Positions 8,156 through 18,272 of a DNA stretch of 64,000 nt are shown here, piece after piece (within the stretch, counting starts at the first letter, position 1; every line of letters begins with the position of its first letter). The notes beneath the pieces are model-generated. The model saw nothing but the letters and a program-made list of their open reading frames with translations. It made no database searches and had not been told where the DNA came from. The position numbers and the translations under genes were made by a program. The stretch covers positions 186,001 through 250,000 of IMG/VR virus record IMGVR_UViG_3300021338_000003; one strand, 5' to 3'.

Positions 8156-8831
8156 CAAAAAAGGTGGCCACCTTTCCTTGATTGATGGGTTTGCTCCTAA
8201 TGGGGAAACTGAGAGGTCCGGTCGTGCAGCCCTGAAAAAAGCTCGTGCATTGGCTGAAAAAGGCAAGGGGTCCAAAACCCTGGTGAGGGAAGCCGGGATT
8301 AATATAGAAGAGGCCCGAGAGATCGTCCAGGCATACCGGCGTGCTGCAACACGCCGAAGCTCAAAAGAAATCCTCGAAGACATGCTGGTTGGTACCCGGC
8401 AAATGCTACAAAAGGCCCGAGAAGGATTCATGGCAGACCCTTCGGGCAAGGCTGCCTATGCGGTATCAACCATTCTTTCCGAGCAGCGTTCCATCCTTGA
8501 AATGCTCAATAAGGAAAAGAAGCCTGAACAATTGGCCCTATCCATCCTACAGGACGCAGTCCAAATCCTTATCAAGGATATGCTTCGGGACACTGTTGAG
8601 GAGGCTCGGAAGGCTCAAGAGCGATGTGTAGCTGTTTCCTCTTCGACCAAACAAAGAGAAGCTGTCGAAAAAGCATTCGAGGATATGGCTAACGTCCTGG
8701 CCGATGCAACCGATGGTCACTACGAAAACGTAGCAAACCGTATTTGCGAAATTCAGAGCTGCAAGATCGAAGATGTACAGTCTCTTGCGGCCAAGATGGC
8801 CCTAGAAACCAACACCGGAGAAGGGTCATGA
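8148..8831 (+). CDS. Helical hypothetical protein, possible terminase small subunit
   Basis: All-helical 227 aa protein with N-terminal HTH-like segment, two genes upstream of terL; positional inference only. Confidence 0.35.
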   Translation: MSNKKGGHLSLIDGFAPNGETERSGRAALKKARALAEKGKGSKTLVREAGINIEEAREIVQAYRRAATRRSSKEILEDMLVGTRQMLQKAREGFMADPSGKAAYAVSTILSEQRSILEMLNKEKKPEQLALSILQDAVQILIKDMLRDTVEEARKAQERCVAVSSSTKQREAVEKAFEDMANVLADATDGHYENVANRICEIQSCKIEDVQSLAAKMALETNTGEGS

Positions 8832-9589
8832 ACAGAAGAGTTGAAGTCGAAGTTGAGGGTAAGACTCGCAGGTATATCTTGCACATCCCTGAACAATATC
8901 GAGCGAACCGTACTCTGCCCCTGATCATCGGATTTCATGGGGGAGGGGGGTCTGGAAAAATCTTCTCGAAGAAGTGGGTCAAGGCCCGAGATCGGGGCTT
9001 CCTGATGGCTTTTCCTTCGGCTGACTTGAATGGGGCCCGCAACTGGGTGGTTCCCAGTGATTCGCCGGACCCAGAGGTAGAAGACCGTTATCAGGACATC
9101 AAGTTTGTTCTAGGAATGATAGACGAAATCCGAAAGGAATTCAGTGTAGGGAAGGTGTTTGCCGCCGGATTTTCTTCTGGCGGCAAAATGACATGGGGTC
9201 TGTCCTTCCATGCCACCGAGCACTTTGATGGGTTTGCTATAGCTGGCAGTCTTATCAACAAACGTGCGGTGGCAACTGTCCCAAACAATTCTAAGCCCGT
9301 ATTTTTCACATCTGGTACGTACGACTCACATAATTATGTAATCAAGACCACCTTCAACCAGACTGTCCGCAAAATTATCTCGGATCGGTTCATGCAGAAT
9401 GAGATCCCCGAAAGGACTATCATTCCGAACACTGGCCGTTCAAACAATAGCCCCTCCACTTTTGTGAGAGAGGCTAGATACTCTCGGGCTCTTATTCACC
9501 AGCGGGTTAGGGGCACGCATGAATGGCCTACCGAAAACGAATACAATGCTACTTTGATTTCGTTCAATTTCTTTTCCAGTCTGCTCTGA
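8828..9589 (+). CDS. Alpha/beta hydrolase, LpqC / PHB-depolymerase-like esterase
   Basis: RRYILHIP..LPLIIGFHGGGGSG, nucleophile elbow AAGFSSGG, GTYD (Asp), GTHEWP (His); ATGA coupling at 8828. Confidence 0.8.
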   Translation: MNRRVEVEVEGKTRRYILHIPEQYRANRTLPLIIGFHGGGGSGKIFSKKWVKARDRGFLMAFPSADLNGARNWVVPSDSPDPEVEDRYQDIKFVLGMIDEIRKEFSVGKVFAAGFSSGGKMTWGLSFHATEHFDGFAIAGSLINKRAVATVPNNSKPVFFTSGTYDSHNYVIKTTFNQTVRKIISDRFMQNEIPERTIIPNTGRSNNSPSTFVREARYSRALIHQRVRGTHEWPTENEYNATLISFNFFSSLL

Positions 9590-9598
9590 GGTATCGAC

Positions 9599-12500
9599 TT
9601 GCTATCTCCCTCAGCCCTCAGTATGTCCGAAGATGATTTCCTTATGCGGATGTTCTACCATGTAGAACCCGAGGACTTGGAGAAGCTCTACCTTTGGGCT
9701 GGAGGAGACACAAGAAAACTTCGAGAGTTCTTGCAGATCGAGCTGTCAAGCAAGGAACTTGCCCGACGTCTGTATGAATCAGGCGTACAACTCATGCCCG
9801 AAGACCTCAAGAGAGCCAGGGTGGAGAGCCAAGAAGCCGTTCATAAGGCTGTAGCCAAATTCAGTTTGGGGGATGACTTTGACCCCGGTGAACTCATGAG
9901 AGAAGCGGCCGAGAAGAAACTCGACCCCTCGGTGTTTGCCGATATGGATTTTCGGGAAATCCCCAAAGCCAAAAACATCATTGACTGGATTACCAATAGG
10001 CAATTCCTCGATGCAGCGCCATTTCCCCGCCAGGTGCAATTCCTGCTGGCTCTATTTGAGGAGTGGTGCTTCTACTGCTCGGACGCCGAATTCGTCAAAG
10101 ATATCCATCTCTCCCCTTATATCGGTGAGGACGGAGAACATCGCCGGGCTTGGACCCTAGATGAAATCCTTGAGCGGGTACAACTCACCGAGCATGGTGT
10201 ATGCCCCAAATGCCACGCTACGTATCACCAGACGCTGGCTGACCCGGATGCACCTCACTGCGCCCCTAATGACTTTGCCCTCTGCTTGGGTCAGCGGTGT
10301 GTGGGCGCCAATACCATCGTCCCCACCAACCAGGGGTTGTCTCCTATATCCCGTTTGGTCCCCCGGAGAGAACCTGATACCTTCTACCCCACCCCTGGAC
10401 TGGAAGTGGCTAGTGGTGAGGGTGGGTCCTTGTCAGCGGAATCCTCCTATTATTCAGGGGTCCGGTCGGCCATCCAAATCGAAGCCGAGTGTGGATTTTC
10501 TCTTGAGGCCAGCTTGATTCATCCCGTCCTTGTATTGAGGGATGACAAACAGGTGTGGGTGAAAGCTTCGGATCTCAATGTAGGGGATGCCCTAGTGGTA
10601 TACCTTGGAGACAATGTCTGGGGAGACAAGGCGGAAATTTCCAACCAGGAAGCCTATGAAATGGGGGCCAAAGTGGCCCGGGACCCTACGTATTGGGGCA
10701 AGAGAGAAGAAACCATTTTCCAACATAGGCCGTCAGTTGTGGAGGCTTTTCTCAGGGGTCTTCAGGTAACCAAGGTCAAGAATACTGCGGATTCCCCTTG
10801 GAGCCGAAACCAAAAGACCACTTCCGAACGCGTCATCTCTACACCCTGGGAGAGTCTGGCCAGGTACGTCCAAGCCGCATACATCAACATGGGTCGATTC
10901 CCCTTCGTGACTCGCAAGGATGGCAAGTTTGTTATCTATGCCGGAGAAACGGCCACTGAAGGAGAGTGGTTCGTACGAGTCACCTCCACTCGATTCATTG
11001 GTGACCGACATCTCTTTGACTTTCACGTCCCAGAGAAGCACCGGTTCGTAGGAAACGGGCTCATCAACCACAACTCGGGTAAATCCCGCGTCGCTGAGTT
11101 CATTTCCTCCTACCAAAATCATCGATTCCAGATGCTGGCCCCCACTCCCCAACGACACTTCGGGGAAGATCGCACCCAGCAATTCACGGCGATGTTCACG
11201 GCCCTAGACCTGGCCCAGTCCGCTGACACCCTCTGGGGCAATTACCACATCCGACTTCAAACCGCCCCCTGGTTCAAGAAGTATCATGAGTGGCTCGATT
11301 ACCATGGCAAAAAGATCGGTGTCGAAATGTATCGCATCAAGGATACATACCATTCCTGGGTACCCACCATTCTACAAGATCGGCTCAAGCCTCCATTCGC
11401 CAAAGCCATGCGTGGTCGTACCGGCTATATGATGGGTATTGATGAGATCGGCATGTTCGCCAAAGCAGAAAACTCGGTACGTGCCAATGCTGAAGAAGTG
11501 TTCACTGCCATGAACAACACTCTGTTCACTTTGCGCGAGGCATCCGATGCTCTGAACCGGAAGGCAATCCACACTCCTACAGCTCTCATGATTTGTGTAT
11601 CCAGTCCTTGGGAGCTTTTGGACAAAATCATGGGTCTCATTCGAGGTGCCAAGGATAACCCCCGTCGTGTGGCCTTCCACTTCCCTACTTGGGAGTGCGT
11701 GGCCCCTGATACCCTGGTTCTGACCCCTGAAGGTCCCCTACCGATTGGGAACATAGCCCAAGAGGAAGGACTTCGGCCAGAATACTCCCGAGTTCATCTT
11801 GGCAGCAAGAATTCCTTTGGCTCGATTTCTCATGCCTTTCGCAGCCCCAAGGAACGATACGTTCGGACCATCACTACCGAAAGTGGCAATAACCTCACCG
11901 CCAGCCTAGACCACCGAATCCTGTCCATTCAAGATGACGGACGTATCGAGTTCACCAAAATGATGGACCTCAACCCAGAAGACACGGTTCTCGTATCCTG
12001 GGAGGGGCTACCCGAGCCGCAGGAAAACAGCCCGGTACCTGGGTCCACCAAGAAGCTCATTCACAGGCTATATGTACGCCTCGGGGCCGAAAGAGACCCC
12101 ATGGCAAACCGGTTGCGGGGTCAGGCCACGGTATACGACATCCGTACTCACTTGGCTCACTTGGAGCGGTCCTACCCTACAGCCTTCCATCGCAACTCGG
12201 CCCAGGTGGAAGAACTCCGAGAGTATTTTGGTCCATACATCTTCACCAAGATCTTCTCCATCACCGAGGGCAAGTCTGTGGTATGTGATATCACGGTACC
12301 TGGAGACCACCAGTATTGGTCCAACGGATTCATCAGCCACAACTGCAATCCCAAGATCTTCCGAGATTCCAAGCAGGTCGTGACCGAGTATGCTGAAGAC
12401 CCGGTCAAAGCTGACCGAGATTGGGCTGCCATCCCGCCCCTGGCTGATAACCCGTTCCACCAGAACACGGCCGCGCTAGACCAAATCCTTGAAGACTGCC

Positions 12501-13510
12501 GGGCCAGAAAGCCCCTGTTCGTTCAGGGCATGAAGACCGGGCAGTCCCGGGCAGGGCAACACTATGTGTACGCTGTCCCCAATCAGCTGCAGTCAGACAG
12601 GTCTATTCCCCGAATGATGACCATTGATGCCGGGGAGGTCAACAACTCTTTCGCCCTGAGCATCTGGTCTGTTGCTCGGGCCAAGTCTCCTGATGTCATG
12701 GGTGCCAGGGAGGAGGACCTTGGGTATGAGGAGGAAGAGGATGAAGATGTTCGTCGCATCCTTGCACTTCGGGATGAATACGAGGAGGAGGAAACCCAAA
12801 GCGAAGGCTCTAAGGGTATGTCCGACTACCTCAACCTTGATGGTATCATCGAGGTCATCCCTTTCAAAGACCAGGCTGGTAACCACCACAAGGTCAATTT
12901 TAAGAAGATGTACGACCTCTGCCTATTGCCCCTGGTGAGAAGCCTCAATGTCAAGCTTCTAGTGGCCGACCGGTGGAACATGGCCTCTATCTTTGATGGT
13001 CTGAGAGACGAGGGGGTTGATTGTCACCACTTCACCCTGAAGTGGAAGGACTTCATCGATTTTAAGCAAAAGCTTTCCTCCCGAGAGGTACAATTGCTTG
13101 GGTTGGAGAAGCCATATGAGTCTATCTTCGACGATTATGAACGGGCCATCTTCAACGCCCCCAACCTCCACCTTGTGGTGCAAACCAAGACCGTGCGACG
13201 CACTGGCCGTCAAGTAGTGAAGCCAAAGGGCGGAACCGACGACCTCTACCGCACCATGGTTCTGGCCCATCGCTTTGCTATGAATGACGACCCCAAGGAC
13301 CAAGCCTGTGACCCGAAGGGCGACCCCTATCTGGAAGTCCTGATGAGATATGGCCCCGGTGTGCATCCCCTGAATGCACACCGACCTGGAATCGGTGTAG
13401 TCCGTTTGCGGTCGAGCGGCCGTCCAATAGTCGGAAATAGCCAGGTCCAAGGTGTAGGTGGATTCCACTCGCGTACGCTTTCGGGACGCGCAAGAAAGAA
13501 GCGGAGATAG
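9599..13510 (+). CDS. terL: Terminase large subunit containing two inteins
   Basis: After removing inteins: Walker A GQR/SGKS, Walker B MMGIDEIG, PTWE/CNP, RuvC-like TIDAGEVNNSFA, DRWN, KGGTDDLYR; followed by portal. Confidence 0.88.
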   Translation: MLSPSALSMSEDDFLMRMFYHVEPEDLEKLYLWAGGDTRKLREFLQIELSSKELARRLYESGVQLMPEDLKRARVESQEAVHKAVAKFSLGDDFDPGELMREAAEKKLDPSVFADMDFREIPKAKNIIDWITNRQFLDAAPFPRQVQFLLALFEEWCFYCSDAEFVKDIHLSPYIGEDGEHRRAWTLDEILERVQLTEHGVCPKCHATYHQTLADPDAPHCAPNDFALCLGQRCVGANTIVPTNQGLSPISRLVPRREPDTFYPTPGLEVASGEGGSLSAESSYYSGVRSAIQIEAECGFSLEASLIHPVLVLRDDKQVWVKASDLNVGDALVVYLGDNVWGDKAEISNQEAYEMGAKVARDPTYWGKREETIFQHRPSVVEAFLRGLQVTKVKNTADSPWSRNQKTTSERVISTPWESLARYVQAAYINMGRFPFVTRKDGKFVIYAGETATEGEWFVRVTSTRFIGDRHLFDFHVPEKHRFVGNGLINHNSGKSRVAEFISSYQNHRFQMLAPTPQRHFGEDRTQQFTAMFTALDLAQSADTLWGNYHIRLQTAPWFKKYHEWLDYHGKKIGVEMYRIKDTYHSWVPTILQDRLKPPFAKAMRGRTGYMMGIDEIGMFAKAENSVRANAEEVFTAMNNTLFTLREASDALNRKAIHTPTALMICVSSPWELLDKIMGLIRGAKDNPRRVAFHFPTWECVAPDTLVLTPEGPLPIGNIAQEEGLRPEYSRVHLGSKNSFGSISHAFRSPKERYVRTITTESGNNLTASLDHRILSIQDDGRIEFTKMMDLNPEDTVLVSWEGLPEPQENSPVPGSTKKLIHRLYVRLGAERDPMANRLRGQATVYDIRTHLAHLERSYPTAFHRNSAQVEELREYFGPYIFTKIFSITEGKSVVCDITVPGDHQYWSNGFISHNCNPKIFRDSKQVVTEYAEDPVKADRDWAAIPPLADNPFHQNTAALDQILEDCRARKPLFVQGMKTGQSRAGQHYVYAVPNQLQSDRSIPRMMTIDAGEVNNSFALSIWSVARAKSPDVMGAREEDLGYEEEEDEDVRRILALRDEYEEEETQSEGSKGMSDYLNLDGIIEVIPFKDQAGNHHKVNFKKMYDLCLLPLVRSLNVKLLVADRWNMASIFDGLRDEGVDCHHFTLKWKDFIDFKQKLSSREVQLLGLEKPYESIFDDYERAIFNAPNLHLVVQTKTVRRTGRQVVKPKGGTDDLYRTMVLAHRFAMNDDPKDQACDPKGDPYLEVLMRYGPGVHPLNAHRPGIGVVRLRSSGRPIVGNSQVQGVGGFHSRTLSGRARKKRR
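10298..11074 (+). mobile_element. Intein 1 (259 aa) in TerL Walker A
   Basis: Begins CVGANTIV, ends RFVGNGLINHN followed by Ser; block B SLIHPVLV; splits GQR|SGKS. Confidence 0.9.
11696..12343 (+). mobile_element. Intein 2 (216 aa) in TerL
   Basis: Begins CVAPDTLVLT, block B TASLDHRIL, block F VCDITV, ends YWSNGFISHN followed by Cys. Confidence 0.9.
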
Positions 13511-13512
13511 AA

Positions 13513-13800
13513 ATGGCCAGGAGAAAAACGGATAGGCTTTCTGCTCTAGAACGAGCCGGCTTTCGGACTGGTGAGGCTCGCAAAAACTCCTATGACCAAC
13601 TTGTAGAGGCATCCCACAAGAATCGGATCGAGGCTTTTGTCTATACTCATCCCTCTGGAACTTCCCGGGAGTCTACCGAGGCTGCCCACAGTTGCCCCCG
13701 TTGCGGTAAGGACATGAATTGGGTTCGCCTGGCCTCCGAAGAGAAGGCTGGATATTGTGTTCCCTGCCGCTACACTCTTCCGGTGCCCCAGGACGACTGA
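13513..13800 (+). CDS. Zn-ribbon protein
   Basis: CPRC...YCVPCR; GGAG SD; coupled to portal start. Confidence 0.7.
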   Translation: MARRKTDRLSALERAGFRTGEARKNSYDQLVEASHKNRIEAFVYTHPSGTSRESTEAAHSCPRCGKDMNWVRLASEEKAGYCVPCRYTLPVPQDD

Positions 13801-15851
13801 TGTTCAAGACATTCTCGAATGACAAAAGGTCTGTGTTTGGGTCCGGAACCCCTGCACACGCCATCCGCAAGTCCAAGGGGGCAGCAGCTGTCACCGCCGG
13901 CAATATTCGTCGGTCCAAAAACAGTGAAAGGGACTTCATCAACAAGGTGGTTACTGCCCAATCCGACTTCGGGCTGGACCGATACAACCCGGTGCACGAT
14001 GACCTTGAGGAAGGATCGGTTGTTGAGAACTGGGTCCCAAAGGACCTCCCCAGTCTCAATCGGCTGATGCGCCGCATCTATCGTCGAGACGATGTCGGCG
14101 GCCCAATGGTCGACATCTATCAGGAAATGGCATGGTCAGACTACGATCTGACCGGCATGGAAGACGAGGCCATGTACGAGCCATATGCTCAGTCCCTGGC
14201 CAACCTCAACCCTATGGACTGGATGCCTGATATTTCAAATACCGTCTTGGTGGACGGTCGCGGTATCTATGGTCTCCTGTTCGATGAGGCTGAGGGGGTA
14301 TTCACAGGCTCTGTCCCTCATGATTCCTCCTTCTGTCGAATCACCCCTGTCCCTATCTTCGGGCAGGACCCCTTGGTTGACATCCAGGCCAGCCCGGTGT
14401 GGCGCAACTTCGCCACCAGCAACGACCCTCGTATGGCGGAGATGCGAAGCTCCCTGCCCCCGAACATTCTCAAAGTTCTTCGAGACAACACGGGATATAC
14501 CCCCCTTGATCCTCTGAGCACCGTCATTGTACGTCGGCAAGCTTCGGCTCATGACCACCTAGGAACCTCAATATACACCCGCCTCATCAACTTCATTGCC
14601 ATCCAGAAGGCTCTAATTGATACCACTGTCATAGCCCTTCGTCGGCGTGGCGCTGGCCTCCTGCATATCCAAGTTGGCAACGAGGTGTGGGAACCTACTG
14701 ATGACCAGTTGGACGCCATCGCCGCCATGTGGATGGGTGCCGAGGAGGACCCGGGCGGTGGTGTTGTGGTGACTCGCAACGGAATCCAAGCAGACCGAAG
14801 CCAAAGTGCTGTTGGTGACATCTGGAAATTCAGTGACGAATATCCCTTCCTATCCGAGGGGAAGATGCGGTCCTTGGGAATTTCCGATGCCTTTCTATCT
14901 GGGGATGCCACGTACAATAACATGGCCAACGCCCTGTCGGTCTTCATGGAGCGTCTGCGTGGTTTCCGCATGCGCATCACGAACAAGGTGCTAGTGCAGC
15001 GGGTGTTCCACACCCTGGCTCGGGTCCACGGATATATCAAGCCCGAAAAGAACTCCCCGCAGGGTCGCCGTCAAGCCTTCTTGATGCCTCTACGTCAGGC
15101 CCTCGAAGTCCCTGCTGACCGCCTCATTGTGCCTGACATCCATTGGCACAAGAGCCTTCAGCCTCAGGGTGATGAGGAGCTGATCCGTCTCCTTGAAACC
15201 CTGAAGGAGAACGGACTGCCGGTCACCAAGCAGCACTTCGCTGCTGCCGCCGGGTTCAACCTCAACAAAGCCATGGATATGCTTGAGGATGACATCAAGC
15301 AGGAAGAGGAAGTTCGGAAGTGGCGAGCTGAGATTGAAGGTGGTGACGAGGAAGGGATTTTTGGTCGGGTCCGTCTCGTACCCCACACCATCCAGCAAAT
15401 CAAGAAGCCTCGGGAACTCCGTGTTGCAGCCTCGAAGGCCCTGGAGGACCTCGGGTTCTTCCGGAACGGACCCTTCCTGGGACTATCTCTCCAGCGTGCC
15501 CAACGGGCCCTAGACCGGATGCTACCCGACCTGAAGAGGGATGGAGAACGGGCACCCTTGCGGACCATCATGGCCGATGTTGACCTGGAACGAGAGCAAC
15601 GCAATGTTATGCGCTACCTCTTGGTCCGACTAGGCTTCGCACCCTCCTACCAAATGAACGACCAGCGCCTCGAAAGAGTGGCTCGGGCTATTGCACAAGC
15701 GCTCCCGGCCCGTGAAGCCCACCAGGAGATTGAGCTTCTAGTGAAGGTCTGCGGGGGTAAGAAGGAGCATTACGCCGAGCGCGTAACACGTCTCCCTAAC
15801 GGTCCGAGTGGGGCTCATCTCCTCACGGGTTATGTTCCGCCAGGAATGTAA
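13800..15851 (+). CDS. Portal protein
   Basis: Follows terL; portal-like sequence IYTRL..LGISDAFLSGDATYNN..VFMERLRGFRMRITNKVL; ATGA-coupled start at 13800 (track 13719). Confidence 0.75.
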   Translation: MFKTFSNDKRSVFGSGTPAHAIRKSKGAAAVTAGNIRRSKNSERDFINKVVTAQSDFGLDRYNPVHDDLEEGSVVENWVPKDLPSLNRLMRRIYRRDDVGGPMVDIYQEMAWSDYDLTGMEDEAMYEPYAQSLANLNPMDWMPDISNTVLVDGRGIYGLLFDEAEGVFTGSVPHDSSFCRITPVPIFGQDPLVDIQASPVWRNFATSNDPRMAEMRSSLPPNILKVLRDNTGYTPLDPLSTVIVRRQASAHDHLGTSIYTRLINFIAIQKALIDTTVIALRRRGAGLLHIQVGNEVWEPTDDQLDAIAAMWMGAEEDPGGGVVVTRNGIQADRSQSAVGDIWKFSDEYPFLSEGKMRSLGISDAFLSGDATYNNMANALSVFMERLRGFRMRITNKVLVQRVFHTLARVHGYIKPEKNSPQGRRQAFLMPLRQALEVPADRLIVPDIHWHKSLQPQGDEELIRLLETLKENGLPVTKQHFAAAAGFNLNKAMDMLEDDIKQEEEVRKWRAEIEGGDEEGIFGRVRLVPHTIQQIKKPRELRVAASKALEDLGFFRNGPFLGLSLQRAQRALDRMLPDLKRDGERAPLRTIMADVDLEREQRNVMRYLLVRLGFAPSYQMNDQRLERVARAIAQALPAREAHQEIELLVKVCGGKKEHYAERVTRLPNGPSGAHLLTGYVPPGM

Positions 15852-15860
15852 CAGGGTAGT

Positions 15861-16085
15861 ATGACCATTGGCCAACATCGCCAAGCCCTGGTGGACTTCA
15901 TGCTCCTCTGGGGCTTTGACGTATCAGAGACCAACATTCGCACCGACTACGATCGCTTCACAGGAAGGTGGGTGATTGTGTTCGAAAGTTTGGGCCAAGC
16001 AACCGAAGGTGACGACGTGGACGATGCTTTCGCCAGTGCAAAAGGTTTGGTCGAGGATCTTATCAGTATGAGGGTTGTTCACTAG
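15861..16085 (+). CDS. Hypothetical small protein
   Basis: AGGG SD, plausible codon usage. Confidence 0.55.
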   Translation: MTIGQHRQALVDFMLLWGFDVSETNIRTDYDRFTGRWVIVFESLGQATEGDDVDDAFASAKGLVEDLISMRVVH

Positions 16086-16087
16086 GC

Positions 16088-16116
16088 TTGCGTGTTTTGA
16101 TGTGCCGTGTTATAAT
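16088..16116 (+). promoter_or_regulatory. Sigma70-type promoter, copy 1
   Basis: TTGCGT-17 nt (ending TGCCGTGT)-TATAAT. Confidence 0.8.
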
Positions 16117-16138
16117 ACTTGTACCAAGGGGGCACCAC

Positions 16139-16651
16139 ATGGCCACGAACAAGCACAGCGTCACCCTCGCCAGCGGCACCACCGAGACCCGCAACAGCAA
16201 GACCCGGGTGTACGGAGCCGCGATGCTCGTCACGGTCACAGAGCGCGTCTGGGAGGTCGAGATTGCTCGCTGTGAGAACAACATCACCAGGGCAAATAAG
16301 CAAATCGCCGAGTACCAGGTGGTGATCAACCGCTTCGACCAGGGATGCCCCACCAAGGAAGACACCAAGTGGGGATGGACCCGCGAGACGTGGCAGGGGT
16401 TCATCAATGGGTGTAATAAGCGCATCACTGCGAATGAGGCCATCCTGGCTGCCCTTCATGGCCGGGACGCCGAAAAGGTTCGTGACCTGGGCCTCAACTT
16501 CCCTGATGTAGGAGCCCAGGGCATCTGGTCCTGGCATCGTGACGAGGCCCTAGCCCAGAAGGCCGTGAACACCCATCACAACAGGCACAAGAGCAGCGTT
16601 GCCACCGTGATCAAGCTGGTCGACGGCCACGCCAACCTCCAGGAGAAGTGA
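16139..16651 (+). CDS. Hypothetical protein
   Basis: ATG 16139 after AAGGGGG, directly downstream of promoter copy 1. Confidence 0.7.
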   Translation: MATNKHSVTLASGTTETRNSKTRVYGAAMLVTVTERVWEVEIARCENNITRANKQIAEYQVVINRFDQGCPTKEDTKWGWTRETWQGFINGCNKRITANEAILAALHGRDAEKVRDLGLNFPDVGAQGIWSWHRDEALAQKAVNTHHNRHKSSVATVIKLVDGHANLQEK

Positions 16652-16890
16652 TGAGCCGCCAATTTCCCAACAACGTCCATTGGGAGGCTGCCCTGGCCTC
16701 CCCCAATCCCATCATCGACCGAGGGTCGTTCTTCACCTGCGGTGACGCCCTTGTCAACTGGTCGAGCTTCGACGCCCACAAGGCCCAGCGGAAGCTCGAC
16801 CAGGCCGCTCGCCGCCACATCCGACAGCAGGAAGCGGCCAAGGGACCCTCGGTGTCCGAACGTCTGGGCCTGGGGGTGCATCGTGGGTAA
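16651..16890 (+). CDS. Hypothetical small protein
   Basis: AGGAG SD, coupled to upstream stop. Confidence 0.6.
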   Translation: MSRQFPNNVHWEAALASPNPIIDRGSFFTCGDALVNWSSFDAHKAQRKLDQAARRHIRQQEAAKGPSVSERLGLGVHRG

Positions 16891-17338
16891 GATCACGACC
16901 ACCCTACCCACCGAGGAGGGGCTGTACCTCTTCTCGGGTCTGCGGCGCGGTTGGCCCGAAGATATGCGAGATGCCCGAAAGTCCCGTTTCCGGGCCGAAA
17001 AAGTCCGCGTCTTCACCAATGGGGCCGGCAAGCTGATGTACGTTGGCCTGGACGTCTTCTACGAGCCCGAGAGTGCTATCGGGGCCTGGATGCGAATCGA
17101 TGAATGCGAGGCCCTGGAGGAGCAGGGGCAGGCCATCGTCGACTACATGACTGCCAAGGAAGCGATGGCCGTCTACATGGAGAAGGAATACCGCCCTCAG
17201 GATTGTACCCGAAACAGGTTCATCGACTTCATGGCCGCCACGTGGCAAAACTTCTACGTCTGGGATGAGGACAGACGTAAGAAGATCGCTGAAATAGCAG
17301 TCCGAGAGGGCTGGGCAAAGGAGGATACTGATGACTGA
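16883..17338 (+). CDS. Hypothetical protein
   Basis: GTG 16883 after GGGGG, in frame with track ORF 16742-17338. Confidence 0.55.
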   Translation: MGKITTTLPTEEGLYLFSGLRRGWPEDMRDARKSRFRAEKVRVFTNGAGKLMYVGLDVFYEPESAIGAWMRIDECEALEEQGQAIVDYMTAKEAMAVYMEKEYRPQDCTRNRFIDFMAATWQNFYVWDEDRRKKIAEIAVREGWAKEDTDD

Positions 17339-17663
17339 CAAGCAGGACCGGCTGCAGAGACAGAAGGAGCAGAAGGAGAACGTGGAAGCCTTCCGTTTGG
17401 ACCATCCCCAAATGGAGGCATATAAGGATGCCTCTAGTATCCGAGTTTTCATGTTTGACTTGTACCGGGCGGATGGTGTCCATAAGGAGATGATCGGATA
17501 TCCTGTAGCGTATGTCAATGTTTCTACTCAACAGGGGCGATTTCTTCATATTGTTACAAGAAGCAACATCGGAGAATGGCATCGACATACCATCACCATG
17601 CTATCCGGAGATAGCATGTACACCAAGTGTCACCCGGGTAGCCCGCTCATCCGCTTCGACTAG
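17331..17663 (+). CDS. Hypothetical protein
   Basis: AAGGAGG SD. Confidence 0.65.
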   Translation: MTDKQDRLQRQKEQKENVEAFRLDHPQMEAYKDASSIRVFMFDLYRADGVHKEMIGYPVAYVNVSTQQGRFLHIVTRSNIGEWHRHTITMLSGDSMYTKCHPGSPLIRFD

Positions 17664-17672
17664 AAGGAACCC

Positions 17673-18248
17673 ATGGACCCCAAACAGCTGCTGAAGTGGT
17701 TCGATAGCCAGGAAATCTTCGGAATCATGGAGCACCGCAACCGCTTCATTGATTGGACCAATCGCCTCGACAAACGGGTGCGCAAGGCCATCAATGATGG
17801 CGACCCTCAACCCATCACCCGGGTGTTCATGCTAGGTAAAGAACCACTGGTGCGGGTTACCTGGAGCCTCGCCGCTGGGTGGAACATGGCTCTAGGCCGG
17901 GATGATGTGCTCAAGAGCACTGGAGAACCCACCGTCCGCAAGGCGTCCATCTTGTACCCCGACCTCGACCCAGGTGACCAGGTTGTTGCCGAGGCTATCC
18001 GCGAGGATATTGTGGAGGCAATCACAGCAGTCCTGGACCTTACCACCGACACCGTCATCGTCGAGGCAACCAAGAAGGTTGCTCTCCCTTGGTTCCAGGC
18101 CCGTGACAAGCGCGGTGATGTCATCGTCGGACGGTGGTATCGCAAGGACCTTGGTGGCCACATCGTGGCTTCTGGAGCGTCTAAGCACAAGTACACGATC
18201 GACAGCGATCTCATCAAGCAGGGATTCACTCTGCTTAACCGGGAATAA
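17673..18248 (+). CDS. Hypothetical protein
   Basis: AAGGA SD. Confidence 0.65.
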   Translation: MDPKQLLKWFDSQEIFGIMEHRNRFIDWTNRLDKRVRKAINDGDPQPITRVFMLGKEPLVRVTWSLAAGWNMALGRDDVLKSTGEPTVRKASILYPDLDPGDQVVAEAIREDIVEAITAVLDLTTDTVIVEATKKVALPWFQARDKRGDVIVGRWYRKDLGGHIVASGASKHKYTIDSDLIKQGFTLLNRE

Positions 18249-18272
18249 CCTCGCCGGAGATCCGGCAAGCAT

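Noticed and set aside
12710-12810. Acidic insert in the TerL nuclease domain as a separate element
   Set aside because: Low-complexity loop with no element boundaries.
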